Part shown: piece after piece, positions 1 through 14,001 of the stretch
Numbering within the stretch: position 1 is the stretch's first letter
Layout: each line of letters opens with the position of its first letter
Assembly: GCA_951406725.2 (NCBI GenBank)
Contig: OX597828.1
Coordinates: 56,296,001-56,360,000, forward strand
Direction: 5' to 3'
Origin: Octopus vulgaris
Taxonomy: Eukaryota
DNA length: 64,000 nucleotides
The notes under the pieces: generated by a model
The model's input: the letters and a program-made list of their open reading frames with translations, nothing else
Databases searched by the model: none
What the model was told of the DNA's origin: nothing
Made by a program: the position numbers and the translations under genes

Positions 1-71
<71 letters not shown>

Positions 72-233
72 GTATATATATGTATACTATATGTATGTAT
101 ATATATATGTGTGTGTGTGCGTGCGTGTGTGTTTGGATGTATGTAACCATACCAAGGTTAGATCCATTTTACTCTGGGAATCTAATAATGTAAATATCTA
201 TGGTCAATGTTCAGATTTTTAGAAGCATACAAT

Positions 234-265
<32 letters not shown>

Positions 266-683
266 TAGATAAACACGCACTTAAACTCACCGAAGGAGAC
301 AAATGTGAAAAAAACAAACACACATACATACACACACGTACTCACATTCACAATTAGACACTTTCTCGAGCGTAATATTTTGACATATGTTATTTACAAA
401 TGTACATCGTCGGTTTAATTACTGCCTGCAATTCCTGTGAAAAATAAATAAGAAAAAAATATACGTAGAAATTTATACACATACATACACACACACACAG
501 ATGTATATATATATGTATATATATATATATATATATATACATATATACGCATATACAGACATATACACACATACACATATATATATATACACATATATAC
601 GTATATACATATATTTATAAATATATATATATATGACATAATATAATATAATGCATTATATAAATATATATATACATACACAC

Positions 684-720
<37 letters not shown>

Positions 721-838
721 CATACATTCATGAATACACGCGCCCGCATAAGCGTGCGTGTGAATCTGTAGGCATACATGTATTCGAGTTTATATATATG
801 TGTGTTTGTGTGTGTGTATATATGTATACGAATATATA
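1..838. repeat. compound (TA)n/(CA)n microsatellite region
   Basis: Direct reading. It produces the YI/VC-repeat pseudo-ORFs. Confidence 0.95.
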
Positions 839-1055
839 ATTCGTTTCCAGGCCATGTATTCAAATGAGCGCAAAGACGTTGGAGGACAGAAAGAGACAGC
901 GTAATAGTAATTGAGCAGTAGACATTACGTCGACAGGAAGCCATGAGGAGAGTCAACGAATTAGTTAAAAATGAAACAAAAAAGAATGCAAAAGTGAAGG
1001 TCGTAGAGAAAAAAGAAAATAAACGGAAAGAGAGAAATAGAGGAAGAGAGAAATC

Positions 1056-1092
<37 letters not shown>

Positions 1093-1647
1093 AGAGAAAA
1101 CTAGAAAGGGAAAAGGAAAGATAGGCAAAATGATACTTCGTCGATAAGACATACTGCTTGTTGGGAGAATGCCGAATACTGTAACTGTGTAACGACGATC
1201 ACAATGATTTCATATCCAATATTGAAGTAATAAACTTCATAGGAGAAATGTATTTATGTGAAACCTGGCAAAAATCTCCAGTTACTATGATTGATATTTT
1301 ATCGATAAAATAGAGTAAAAGGCTAAAAGTACTGTGATGAGCAAATCTAACACACAAACATAAAATTCCAGTCGCCAAGAGAGAAGATTTCACAGTGAGA
1401 TGAAATAAGAAATGCACCGTCCTATGTTAATCTAGTCTAGAGCGTATAGCTGCAATTGGAAAATGAAGATTTATTCACTGTAAACCATCTGGTAATAAGC
1501 CAGTCGTTCTTTTTATCTTTTAACAATTTTACATCTTCAACTTCATCATCCCCTACCCGTCTCTCCCTCTGCCTCCTGATATTGCCAGACAAACGACATA
1601 AAAATATAAGTTTATGAATCTCTCCCTTTCAGTCTCAATATCTCTGC

Positions 1648-1721
<74 letters not shown>

Positions 1722-1782
1722 CCATGTATACATGTATGTATTTATCTATCTATACATGTTTAAATACATATGTATATTTATA

Positions 1783-1822
<40 letters not shown>

Positions 1823-1899
1823 CAAATATGTATATACTTACATGTAAACAGTATACACACATCTCTCGCTGTGTACACACAGACACATACACACACACA

Positions 1900-1943
<44 letters not shown>

Positions 1944-2068
1944 AATTGAGATAGCGCTTATGGCCATATAGGACATTCGACTCACTAGGAAGAACAGCCA
2001 AAACTCATACCGCTAAATAGTTGTAATTCTGAAATAGAAAGAGAAATAAAAACTTTTACCCCTTTCAT

Positions 2069-2157
2069 GTCTGGACTATGCATAATTTCGGCAAACTTTG
2101 GTAAATAACTTAATTAAATTAAATTCATTTACATCTGGCGTGTCTCGTCAGCAGAGA
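2069..2157 (-). ncRNA. type I hammerhead ribozyme, mirror copy, slightly degenerate
   Basis: Minus strand reads CTCTG CTGACGA GACA...TGCC GAAA TTATGCATAG TC CAGAC. The core is intact, with one mismatch each in stems I and II. Confidence 0.65.
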
Positions 2158-2389
2158 GCCTAGGACGAGTATATGTCCACGAGGTTATGGTAAAGAAGCC
2201 TCCAGTCCATATGCTCTAAATTTTCAAAATTCTACCGCGATCGCGCGGTCTTCTCAGCAGCAAATATAAACTGCGGATTTAATTTCAAACTTAGCCAAAA
2301 AATCATTAATTAATAAATATAAGGGTAGCAAAAAATTCTAGAAAAAATTCTCCGCTACCAGCCTCGTGGACATATACTCGTCCTAAGGC

Positions 2390-2479
2390 TCTCTGCTGAC
2401 GAGGCACGCCAGATGTAAATGAATTTAATTTAATTAAGTTATTTACCAAAGTTTGCCGAAACTATGCATAGTCCAGAGA
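2390..2479 (+). ncRNA. type I hammerhead ribozyme
   Basis: Stem I TCTCTG(2390-95)/CAGAGA(2474-79); core CTGACGA 2396-2402; stem II GGCA/TGCC closing a ~47 nt AU-rich extension; GAAA 2458-61; palindromic stem III CTATGCATAG; GTC cleavage triplet 2471-73. Confidence 0.85.
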
Positions 2480-2705
2480 TGAAAGGGGTAAAAGTTTTTA
2501 TTTCTCTTTCTATTTCAGAATTACAACTATTTAGCGGTATGAGTTTTGGCTGCTCTTTCTAGTGAGTCGAATGTCCTATATGGCCATTCCTTATATTGTT
2601 GAATGTATATTATATAGTCTTTGACTATTTTTTCTCTCTCACTAGACCGCTGGTAGCGGAGAATTTTTTCCAGAATTTTTTGCTACCCTTATATTTATTA
2701 ATATG

Positions 2706-2768
<63 letters not shown>

Positions 2769-2769
2769 G

Positions 2770-2839
<70 letters not shown>

Positions 2840-3310
2840 TAGATAGATAGATGTGTGTGTGTGTGTAAATATATCTTAGGAAATTTATTGCTATATATAA
2901 AACAGTTAAATTGCGAAGTATCCCGACTAAGCACATCTTTATTGTGTTAAGAAGAACAGTCCTATATCATTAGTAGAATATTATAATCATCCAACAGCGT
3001 TGGTCATTATTCTTAACCTGTATTCCTTTCTCATCGCTCCTCATGAGAAAGCTGTATCCCTTGTCACCGCTTGCCCCAGGACGCAATCATTCGTTCTGGC
3101 ATAGTGATTCATTGGCTGAAAAAGAAATGCTGTGCCTACTGATATATAATTACGTGGTTTTTAAACTATAATTTATGAAATATACCTTCAGGAAAAGAGA
3201 GACATACTTGATAAATCATTCAACTATGAGCCTGCCATAAGTTTCGTATTCGGAATAAATACTGTTTACACTGCCAATAATGAATATGTATATATGTATA
3301 TCTACGTACG

Positions 3311-3349
<39 letters not shown>

Positions 3350-3452
3350 ACATATACACGCGCGCGCGGGTACACATATCAACTATCTATCATCTGCCTG
3401 TCTATCTATCTGTCTTTCGATCTATCTATACATACACACACACAAAGATATG

Positions 3453-3579
<127 letters not shown>

Positions 3580-3699
3580 ATTGAGTGATTGATAGATAGG
3601 TAGATGACTGACTATAAAGTAAGCAACATTTTGAAACATGAAATTCATCACAATATCTTTTAGCAATGCCTAAATTATATTCGTCAAAGTAATACCATA

Positions 3700-4220
3700 A
3701 CAATTAACGCTTTGTTACAAGTTTGTTTATTCTGGTATCATAAAAATCTGGATTTCCGGGGCTGATGAACTCTTGGAATGCACTTTAAACGTCGGTTTGA
3801 TTTTGGAACTCCTTCTCTTACAGGGGATCATGAAAGTGCTTGAAAAAGTGGCAGTCGGTAGGAGAAAGGGCTGGGGAATAATCTCTGTGTGGAAAAACGT
3901 CGTAGCCATGTTCCCCCAACTTCTGGAGCGATATTATTGAAACGTGTGTTCGAGCATTATCATGAAGAATGATTAGCCCTCTTCTGTTAACCAGTCTGAG
4001 ACAGAACATTAATAGTTTATCGTTGATTTTGGCAATTTCATGGCAATATGTTTCTGCAGTAAGGGTTTTCCTGGGTTTTAAGAAGTGATAATGGATGAGT
4101 CCAGCAGTACACCACCAAACAGTCACCATAACCTTCTGTTTGAAGTGCTCGGGTTTAGGGAAGGTTTTCGGAGCTTCATTTTGGTCCATTTTTCGAGATA
4201 CATCAGTGAAAGGCATTTTC
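3700..4220 (-). mobile_element. mariner transposase fragment (catalytic C-terminal half)
   Basis: ORF 3818-4216 has KVMVTVWW, ILHDNARTH and YSPALSPTD, which are DD34D mariner motifs. Confidence 0.9.
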
Positions 4221-4329
4221 TCTCTACCGTTATTTTCCTCTTAAGGTGGTAAATGAGGAAACTAACTAAGGCTGGAGATGGTTATACCTGTCATCATTAC
4301 TTTCCCGTGGGTCTTCTATACCAGTTCTT

Positions 4330-5965
4330 CTACTATAGCGACCAAAGCAAGAAGAAAAGACTCACCTTCTTCGTTAAAAAGGGAGGGGAGACGCTCTTTA
4401 TAATCGACTTCTAAGACAATTGTACTCTTCCCAGCCGTGACAGCAGGTGTTGAACGTACACCCACATTTCAGAAATTTTGGAGCATTATACAATCGCGTG
4501 CAGAACGGTTTCCATGTCCTGCTCTCATGTTGGCCACATGGGTAAACAAGGGACACCATGAACTGGTAAGGCTCCTCGGTAAAACTGCCAGGCCAGGGAA
4601 TCTTGGAAGTTATCCAAGGGTCCTGGCTGGAATGTCCTTCGGAACAAGCCGGCTAGTTTGTCGCATTCAGCCGCTACAAACCCTCTACAGAGAAGCTAGA
4701 GGACCTCACGATACTCCGCTTTTCAAGCATCCAACTTTGGTCTACACTTGATCCAAGGTATAGTTCATTCAAAGTAGTAAGCTCAGGAAGTGACGACCGA
4801 ACGAACGGAGCGCACACCTGCTCACCATCCGAGTAGAGCTACAGATACCTCAGCTTGGCTGCATATCAACATTGAAGGAATCTCTAGCCAACATTTTAGC
4901 GGGTGCTGGCAGCAGACAGCCTTTTACAAGAGGACTTCTACACCTCCACAAAAAGCGGTAGGGCAGCCGCTCCAACTTGATTAGCCAGAACAGGGACTGA
5001 CACGACGATTAGGCGGTAGGTAATCGAAGAAGCGATAAAAAACACCTGCGACCTCTGCTCTTCTTTTCAGGGATAGCCGCAGCTCAGACCACGTCTGAGT
5101 TAGGTGGTTCACCCTGCTCATTACCTCGCTGTAATTCTTCTAAATCCGGAGGTCTGGGCCAAAACAAACACATAGCATTTTAACCGGCACTTCCGTTCAG
5201 CAGCCTACGACGTTGTTGGGAGGTATCGTCTGGCCTCTCCAGGAGCTGAGTTGCAAGCCACCCGACGTATCCCGGTTATCTTTTGCTCCTGCCACCGACT
5301 CGTAGTCCTTTATGGCTTTGCCTACCCTTAATAGGTGTATTATCTCGGATACGATGATGGTGATGTTATCCGTGTACGCCGAAACCTTCCTACTGCAACC
5401 TAACTCGAACTCTCCAGCCTCCGCAGTAATGGCTCAAGATCCAACGTATGCTGAAGTGGGGAGAGAAAACACCCTTGACGAAAAGAGCGCTTGATATCGA
5501 ACGGCTTCAAGAAGAACCAGTCCACCCGAACGATCGAGTCGATGTTACCGTATAGAGTAATGATTCTCCCACGAAAGACGGGCAGAGGCCCGAATTTTGC
5601 GAGGACAGTCACCAGACAGCGATGTTGAACCCTGTCAAATTCTTTGGACTGGTCTAAATGGACCAGAGCCGCACCCTTGCCAGGAGACCCGTTAATCCTC
5701 TATAAAGTCAGCGTAGAAGATGGAGATTATCATGTATGGATCCACCGGGAACGGCACAAGTTTGTGCCTCCCCGTCGATTCCACCCACGACACGTGCCAG
5801 CCTTTTTGCTAACACCTTCACCAAAATCTTCAACTCTGTATTAAACAGAGTGATGGGCCTGAAATTATCTATAATATCCCCCTTGTTTTGTTCCTTTCTA
5901 AGCAGCGTCACCACTACCCGGATCACAAATCTGAGTATAAATCAGCTGTTGCTAGTTGGCGAAGA
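4330..5965 (-). mobile_element. degenerate non-LTR retrotransposon, L1/Tx1-like RT region
   Basis: NFRPITLFNTELKILVKVLAKRL...QTCAVPGGSIHDNLHLLR, then RQGCFLSP, then a YTDN variant of YADD. GC-richer than the flanks, with frameshifts. Confidence 0.85.
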
Positions 5966-6394
5966 CCTGCATGAGGTTGATGTAGTTTTTTTTTCTAAAC
6001 AAAATTTCCGTCTGTCCAGAGTTCAGTCAAGAAGCAACACGGGCTCCAATTTGATAGAGTTCTCTGTTAAATGCTGTATTTGCAACAAGATTAATTAAAT
6101 TGTATGTCATTCTCCGTCTCTCAAATCAGCTACGCACTGCACCAGATGTTCCATTTGCTTATAATAATTGCTCACTTCATCTTCAATCATTTCCAACGTA
6201 ATTATACACACGTACTCTAATGAGATTACAAAGGCTTCAGTAAATATTAGTTGCAATATAGACATATGGCAATTAAGTATGTATAAGACAATCAATTCTG
6301 TATTATATAAAATAGCATTTACAGTATAAGGAATGGTTTCGGTGAGATTCTATAGAACAGCATTGTGCAGGAGGAAAGTTGCATGAAAGCAACG

Positions 6395-6612
<218 letters not shown>

Positions 6613-7357
6613 ATGTCTGATTAGCAAGGTGAAGCGGCTGACCTCCCCTGTTCGAAGGTTTGTAATGGACGCAGGTTCGTGTGTCATATAGCTAGCTAGA
6701 GGCGATGGCCTCTTGGAGCTAATCAGCGACAGCTTTAGTCTTATATTTATAGACTACCATATTAGTATGGCGATAACTATTAATATCCAGTAACGCTGCC
6801 GTAATCTCCTTTAGAGAGACTTAGTAATTTTAATATTTCTATTATATATATATATATCTATATATATATACACTATCCATATATACCGTTTGTATCCTTT
6901 ATTAACGTAAGGGAAATATGGAAAGAAAGCGATGTTTCGAGAAGAAACACCAACAAGTTGTATACAGTGGGAATCCCAAAATATTTGCATACACTTATTC
7001 TTAATCTTGTTGTCTTAACAATATGAAATATTCGTTGACTACATTCGTTAAACTGGTTCTCTTCTTTTTCACGACTCTTTCAAAAATATAAAAAAGCTGC
7101 TCTTTTGATTTGAAAAAAGCTGACATAACTACTTAGCAAATTGTCATGTATGATCGAATTTGAAATTTAAATTTATTTATTATAGATCCAATTATCTAAC
7201 CGTAATTGAAATTTCCTCGATATTATTACCTTGAAATATATGAGAGAGGAAGAATTCATTCAGTCATTAGAGCGCCCGCAAGAATCGCACACACACAAGA
7301 CATACACACACGCTAGACACACACAGACACACAGATACAAACAAACGCGCACACACA

Positions 7358-7459
<102 letters not shown>

Positions 7460-7460
7460 G

Positions 7461-7496
<36 letters not shown>

Positions 7497-8247
7497 ATGT
7501 ACATATATTACTGCGTTATAATTTGGCTTGTTTCTGTTATTAGCTTGTGGTCATGACGGGGGCAAGACTGACAAATTTTAGCTGAATAAAATGACACCTT
7601 TGCTTGATATCCGTAAAGACCGGTACATGTTCATCAATGTCTTTCACCGAATCGCTAAGTTACGGGTACCAAGACACACCAAAACCGTTTGTCAAGCGGT
7701 GATTGGAGAAGAAGAGAGAAAAACGACACACTCACATGATGTTCTTAATTGGCCATAAATACATATAACTATATATATTTATTGATATATATGTATATGT
7801 ATGTGTTATATTCACACTCTCAAGAAGATGTTGCTCACTAATGCATCTCTCTTCGGAAGTTGTCAGGGTGGATCAGTTGAAAACATCCCGAACTCGAACC
7901 GACTTTTATGTTCAATGTTCATAACTATATCACATGCGATAAAATGCAAGCGTTCCAACAACTGAAGAAGAAAGGCCAAAATCTCGATACAGCCTTTCCT
8001 GATATACTATACTCAAAAATAACCCATCACATACAGGCGTATCACCTGCCTTCCCAAACAATACCAGAGAGAATAGATTGATATATGCAAAAAAAAAAAA
8101 GAAAAACGTACATTTCAAGCATCTATGAGTAGGAAGTTTTGTGTAGCCTCGTGTTTACGAATTTGAATCTTTGAAGGAGAACACAATTCTGTTTGAATGA
8201 CAAATACTTGTAAACACGAAGACGCTAACATTATCTGTAATATAATA

Positions 8248-9232
8248 TCAGGTCAACCCGTAATTTTTTAAATTTAAATAAAATTTAATAGTATTTTAGA
8301 ATGTCTAATGGAATTAAAATTATTCTTATTCATTTGTGTACATTTAAACTAATTAAATATTATTTTACAAAATAATAGAATTAAAATTTCTTTGATTAAA
8401 ACACTTTCTAACATGGAAGTATCCAAATAGCATTTGAGGCACATAATGCTTTATGAGTATAAAAAAGGAGACTCTGCGGCCTAAGCGATTCGAAAAATCC
8501 TCTCAGTTTACGGGAAAAAAATGCTTGAATGAAAGAACTTGCAGAAGAAGGTTTGCAAAATTCAGAAGTGGAGATTTCAGACTTGAAGATGAAGATCGAA
8601 CAGGACGTTTAGTTGAGTTTGATGATAAGTTCCTTGAGGCATTACTTGAAGAAAATCCTGCATTATCAGTTGAAGAATTGGCAATAAAGCTTAGTTCAAA
8701 CCATACAACTGTTCATCGCCATCTTCAACAACTTGGAAAGGTTCCTAAACTTGGAAAATTGGTGCCTCATGAACTATCCAAATGCAACCGTAAATCCCGA
8801 GTTAACATCTCGCGAACTAATTTCAACTATTTTGGATAGACTTGTGACTGGTAACGAAAAATGTCTCTTCTATCGAAATGTTAAAGGTCGTAAACAGTGG
8901 CTTGGTAAAAGGTAAAAGGCACAACCACAAGCGAGAAGGAATCTTCATAGGAAAATTGTTTTTTCTCCCTGTCTGGTGGGATTGCAAAGGTGTTACTCAC
9001 TTTGAATTGTTACCACCTCATACAACAACCAATGCTCAAGTTTACTGTCAGCAATTAGAGCGCTTGAATCATGCTTTGAAGAAAAAAAGAACCGCTTTAG
9101 TGAATCGAAACGGAGGGATGTTTCATCAGGACAATGCGCGACCCCACACTGCAAAGATCACATCACAGAAGATCGAAGAGCTTGGTTGGCCAAAAAAAAT
9201 CTTCATCCACCTTATTCTCCCGATCTTGCATG
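8248..9232 (+). mobile_element. mariner element, left TIR plus frameshifted transposase, 3-prime truncated
   Basis: TA|TCAGGTCAACCCGTAA TIR start. ORFs give FAKFRSGDFRLEDEDRTGR, LVPHEL, LVTGNEK, VWWD and FHQDNARPH. Confidence 0.9.
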
Positions 9233-10066
9233 CTATTGACAGAATCGTGTCGAGAATGGTCCTTGAAGTGAAGGAAAAGATTAATTATTTTGCTGTAAGC
9301 AAAAAGAAATTAATTCTGGTATGGAACAATTTAATTGCTATTTGCAAAACAGCGATTCATCATTTGATTTCAACTTACACTATATTTAATCGCCTAAAAC
9401 AAAATATATTTCATTTTAATATGCTGTCGAACTGTCTATATTGATCAGATAAAGCAGATATGCGAAATTTGAAGTTTATTTAACTAGATTCTCATGTTTT
9501 TACAGAAATGTGTTATTCACGTCTAATAATTCAGACAAGTGTATAATGTAATTTTCCGTACAATCTCACTGATCTCTGCTCTATATTACCGAAAACTTTT
9601 AAATCGGGTTCAATGTATTATCTAGGTGATGAAATTTCCAAACTTGGTATTAGCAGTGTCGTGAATAGAAATTTTAATGAGAGAGGGATCACGAGCAGTG
9701 ATCTATTTAACACAACTTCCACGTTTGAATTGTAGAACATTGGGGCTAGTAAATAGCACATTGAGCGATATAATTAAATTTTAAATTCTGTGTGACGAAT
9801 ATATGAAAATAATATGATCGATATAACAGTGTTTATATTACTAATAGAGCAATTTATAGAGGCATTTAAAATAAAGTGCATGAATCATACAGAGTGTTAA
9901 ATAGGGTATCGTGAGGCCTTTATTTGCAAGTCTTTGTTTCATTTCCCGTTCATAGGGAAAATAAAGTGATATTCAAGAAGCACCGTATCAATATTTTGTA
10001 GGCTGAAACAAAATTAATTTCATAATAATTATAATGTCACTGAGATCTGTAAATGATGCGAATCAG

Positions 10067-10110
<44 letters not shown>

Positions 10111-10420
10111 TTGCATACATACAGAAACACACACACAACACATACACTCACAAACACACACGCACATACACATATAATATCGAACGAAACAGCAGAAAAT
10201 GTCAGTGTAAAGTGATACTGAATGTGTTGAAGTGTATTCGGATCTCATAAAAACATTTCCTTCGCAGATAGCCACCTGAATAATTTTTCACACCTGTCTA
10301 GGTGTGAAATGTTCTTCAGGGAAACGTTTGATTATGTTCTAAAACAGCAAATACGATTTCAATATATATATACATATCTATGTATATATCTGTATATATT
10401 TGTATATATACATATATATG

Positions 10421-10462
<42 letters not shown>

Positions 10463-10469
10463 GTATATG

Positions 10470-10860
<391 letters not shown>

Positions 10861-11456
10861 TTTATAGGCAGGCATATCAAATGCCACAAATTCGAAGTAG
10901 AAAATAGACAATAGAATTCGACAGACATCCCTGAGCATGCTGACATACATGCGTATGTATACACGCACAGACATATTCATACATACTCATACAGACACAC
11001 ATGCTCATATCTATCTATATTTCTTTCTATCTACCTATCACTGTAATTATTCACCTACAGCAAAAATTCGTTACAATAATTTTTTCATTAAAACATTTCT
11101 CATACGAAAACATTTGTAGTGTGAAAATAATATCTTGTATTTTTAATTTCACATATCTAAGTACATAGAAAAATACAATTTACTTGTTATGTTTCTTTAT
11201 GAACTATGTGTATGTGTTTGTGTGTGTCTGTATGTGTGCGTGTGTATGTTTATAAAAAAATGTGGATTTTCAAACTGCTCCCGTTATTTTTCAACCATGT
11301 GTGTATGTATGTGTTCGCACGCTACAATATGGATGTACTTATGTGAAATTTTACGTGTCTATGCGCGCTTTTCTTTATGTTTGTATATCTCCCTACATTA
11401 ATTATATAAGTAGTGCAATAAAATTCTTACTCAGCCATCAAGATATAGATAGCTAA

Positions 11457-11524
<68 letters not shown>

Positions 11525-11528
11525 CTAA

Positions 11529-11584
<56 letters not shown>

Positions 11585-11588
11585 CTAA

Positions 11589-11623
<35 letters not shown>

Positions 11624-11636
11624 TATAGATAGATAT

Positions 11637-11800
<164 letters not shown>

Positions 11801-13230
11801 TCGCCATGATTGATCTTTAGTAACTACACACATTTTTCTCTCCTTGTTTTTTTCTGTGTCCCTTTCTATAGAAAAGCGTAGGCTCGACACATAAAATACT
11901 TTTTCTATTCCTGAGCGTTATACTAATACATCTGTTTGTTTTGTACACCACCTGTCTTCGTCTTTTGTTTGTTTTTTTTCGTAAACTCTCCCATAGATAG
12001 ATAGAAAGAGAGTGTGTGTGTGAGAGAGAGAGGAAAAATAGAGCGAGAGAATGTGAGAGAGAGTGAGAGAGAGAGAGAAAGAGAAAGAAAGGTACAGAGA
12101 GAAAGAAAGCGATGGACAATAAAAATCCAAATAGTCAGACACGCTTACAAACAATGGACAAATCAGACAGAACCAGAACCAATGAGACATATTAAGAAAC
12201 AAGCAGGAAGTGAAACCCGCCAGAAAAAAGTCTACTGACCCGAAAAAATTGCCGTAATTATAAATGTTCATTGTAGTATTATGATCACATATATATCATA
12301 TAGCATGTTTAATTAATATGCTTTATAAGCTGCAATGCATTGATATGAAATTCGACAAAATCTCCCGCTAATTTGTCTGATATTTGAGGTTAAATTACTG
12401 GAAAAAGCTGTGGGCAACAGCGAATATTACTGTCAAATTCTGCAATAGAGATGTCCTCCAATTTTAGATGAGAAGAGATCTGTTGGAGTATTACAAATGT
12501 TTGCTTTTTGGATAGCGGTTGTCTATATTATATAATATGAAACAGTTGTTTTGTGGGCAAAAATATAGCTTTACATCTTTGCCTTGATCAATGTACAAAT
12601 AAATAAATTCATTTGTGTATATTTCTGAGTTTATGTACACGAATATACATGAGTGTCTCTGTGAGTGCTGGCAGGAATGTGTATTTACGGATGCATATGT
12701 AAACGTGTATATAAGTATATGTTTATATTAACGTATACATATATAACAAATTGCGTTTTAAAATGATATTGTTATAAAAATCGAAGGAAACCTTAAAGCA
12801 AAAATAGCTTATAATGAAGGAAAGGGCCTGAAAACCCATGGTAAATAATTAGCTGAAAAATATTAAAAAATTAATAAATAAAACGTTATATTCGTTTACA
12901 TTTTTTTCGCGCTAAATTATATATACATTTAGAAGTATATACACATACAAAACAATATGTAATATATATATATATATATTTACTAATCCTACAGACGCAG
13001 GTACATGGCTACATACATATACAGACATATATAGGCAAGACATAAATATATATAAATGCATCCATATACGCACGCGCACAAAATATCCTGGCGTATGTTT
13101 ATACAAGTCTGTTGTTACAGGTGAAAGAAAGTAAAGGAAAAACATTCAGAAAATAAAAATAACTAGGGCTGGGAGAAAGAAAACAGTTGAAAGAAAGAAA
13201 CAGAATTAAAAGAAAGAGAAACAGAAATTT

Positions 13231-13259
<29 letters not shown>

Positions 13260-13269
<10 letters not shown>

Positions 13270-13551
13270 AAAATTAGAACGGGATAGAGAGTGTGAATTG
13301 ACGGCCTTCGAAAAGTATCAAACGAATACATACTAAACGGACACATACTAAATGGACACATACTAAATGGACACATACTAAACGGACACATAAAATTTCA
13401 TGTATATGTACATAAATACAAACATACATACAAATACACACATATAGATACGCATAAAAATATACAAAATATATTCCCAGATATGTAAAAGTATATACAC
13501 ATATACTTACATATATATGTGTGTGCGTGTGTGTTTGTATGTGTATATAAA

Positions 13552-13614
<63 letters not shown>

Positions 13615-13835
13615 GTATCTATCTATATATATATATTTGTATATTTGTATGCCTATCTATGTGTGTATGTATTTGTATGTATGTTTGCATTTATGTAGAT
13701 ATACATGTAATTTTATGTGTGTGATTTTATATGTCCGTTTCGCAAGCTGCGTAAGGTATCTAACCTTCGGAAGATACTTTTCGAACTCCATCAATTCACA
13801 CTCTCTATGTCTATCTATTTTCTCCCTTTCTCTCT
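13260..13835. repeat. degenerate inverted repeat (~200 bp arms) around a microsatellite
   Basis: ATAGAGAGTGTGAATTGACGGCCTTCGAAAAGTATC (~13285-13320) matches the reverse complement of GATACTTTTCGAACTCCATCAATTCACACTCTCTAT (~13773-13808). Matching continues inward. Confidence 0.75.
13320..13392. repeat. 15-bp minisatellite (AAAYGGACACATACT) x~5
   Basis: Direct reading. It gives the MCPFS repeat in the ORF track. Confidence 0.9.
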
Positions 13836-13954
13836 TGGGGCAACGTGAAATGATGTGTTTTGCTCAAAAACACAACGTGCCACCCACTCCGAGAATCTAA
13901 CCCTCAATCTAGGAATTTTGGGTGCAGCAGCTTAAACACAAGGCCACACCCCTT

Positions 13955-14001
<47 letters not shown>

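Larger units (their letters stand above)
1960..2702. mobile_element. non-autonomous fold-back element, probably derived from a PLE pLTR, with two interleaved inverted repeats
   Basis: Arm 1960-2184 is the near-perfect reverse complement of 2362-2587, and 2309-2362 is the reverse complement of 2649-2702. It is flanked by (TA)n/(CA)n and contains hammerhead motifs. Confidence 0.75.

Noticed and set aside
390-956. Many 60-200 aa ORFs rich in YI, VC, LSIY or HT repeats, here and throughout the window
   Set aside because: Translations of (TA)n, (CA)n and (TCTA)n microsatellites, not genes.
6615-6830. CTGATTAGC/GCTAATCAG 9-bp inverted pair and a CTGATTAGCTCC hammerhead-like start
   Set aside because: The core deviates and I could not place a GAAA/stem III/NUH. 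At most a decayed remnant.
13320-13392. Regularly spaced short repeats, considered as a CRISPR-like array
   Set aside because: Head-to-tail 15-mers without unique spacers, in a eukaryotic context with no cas genes.
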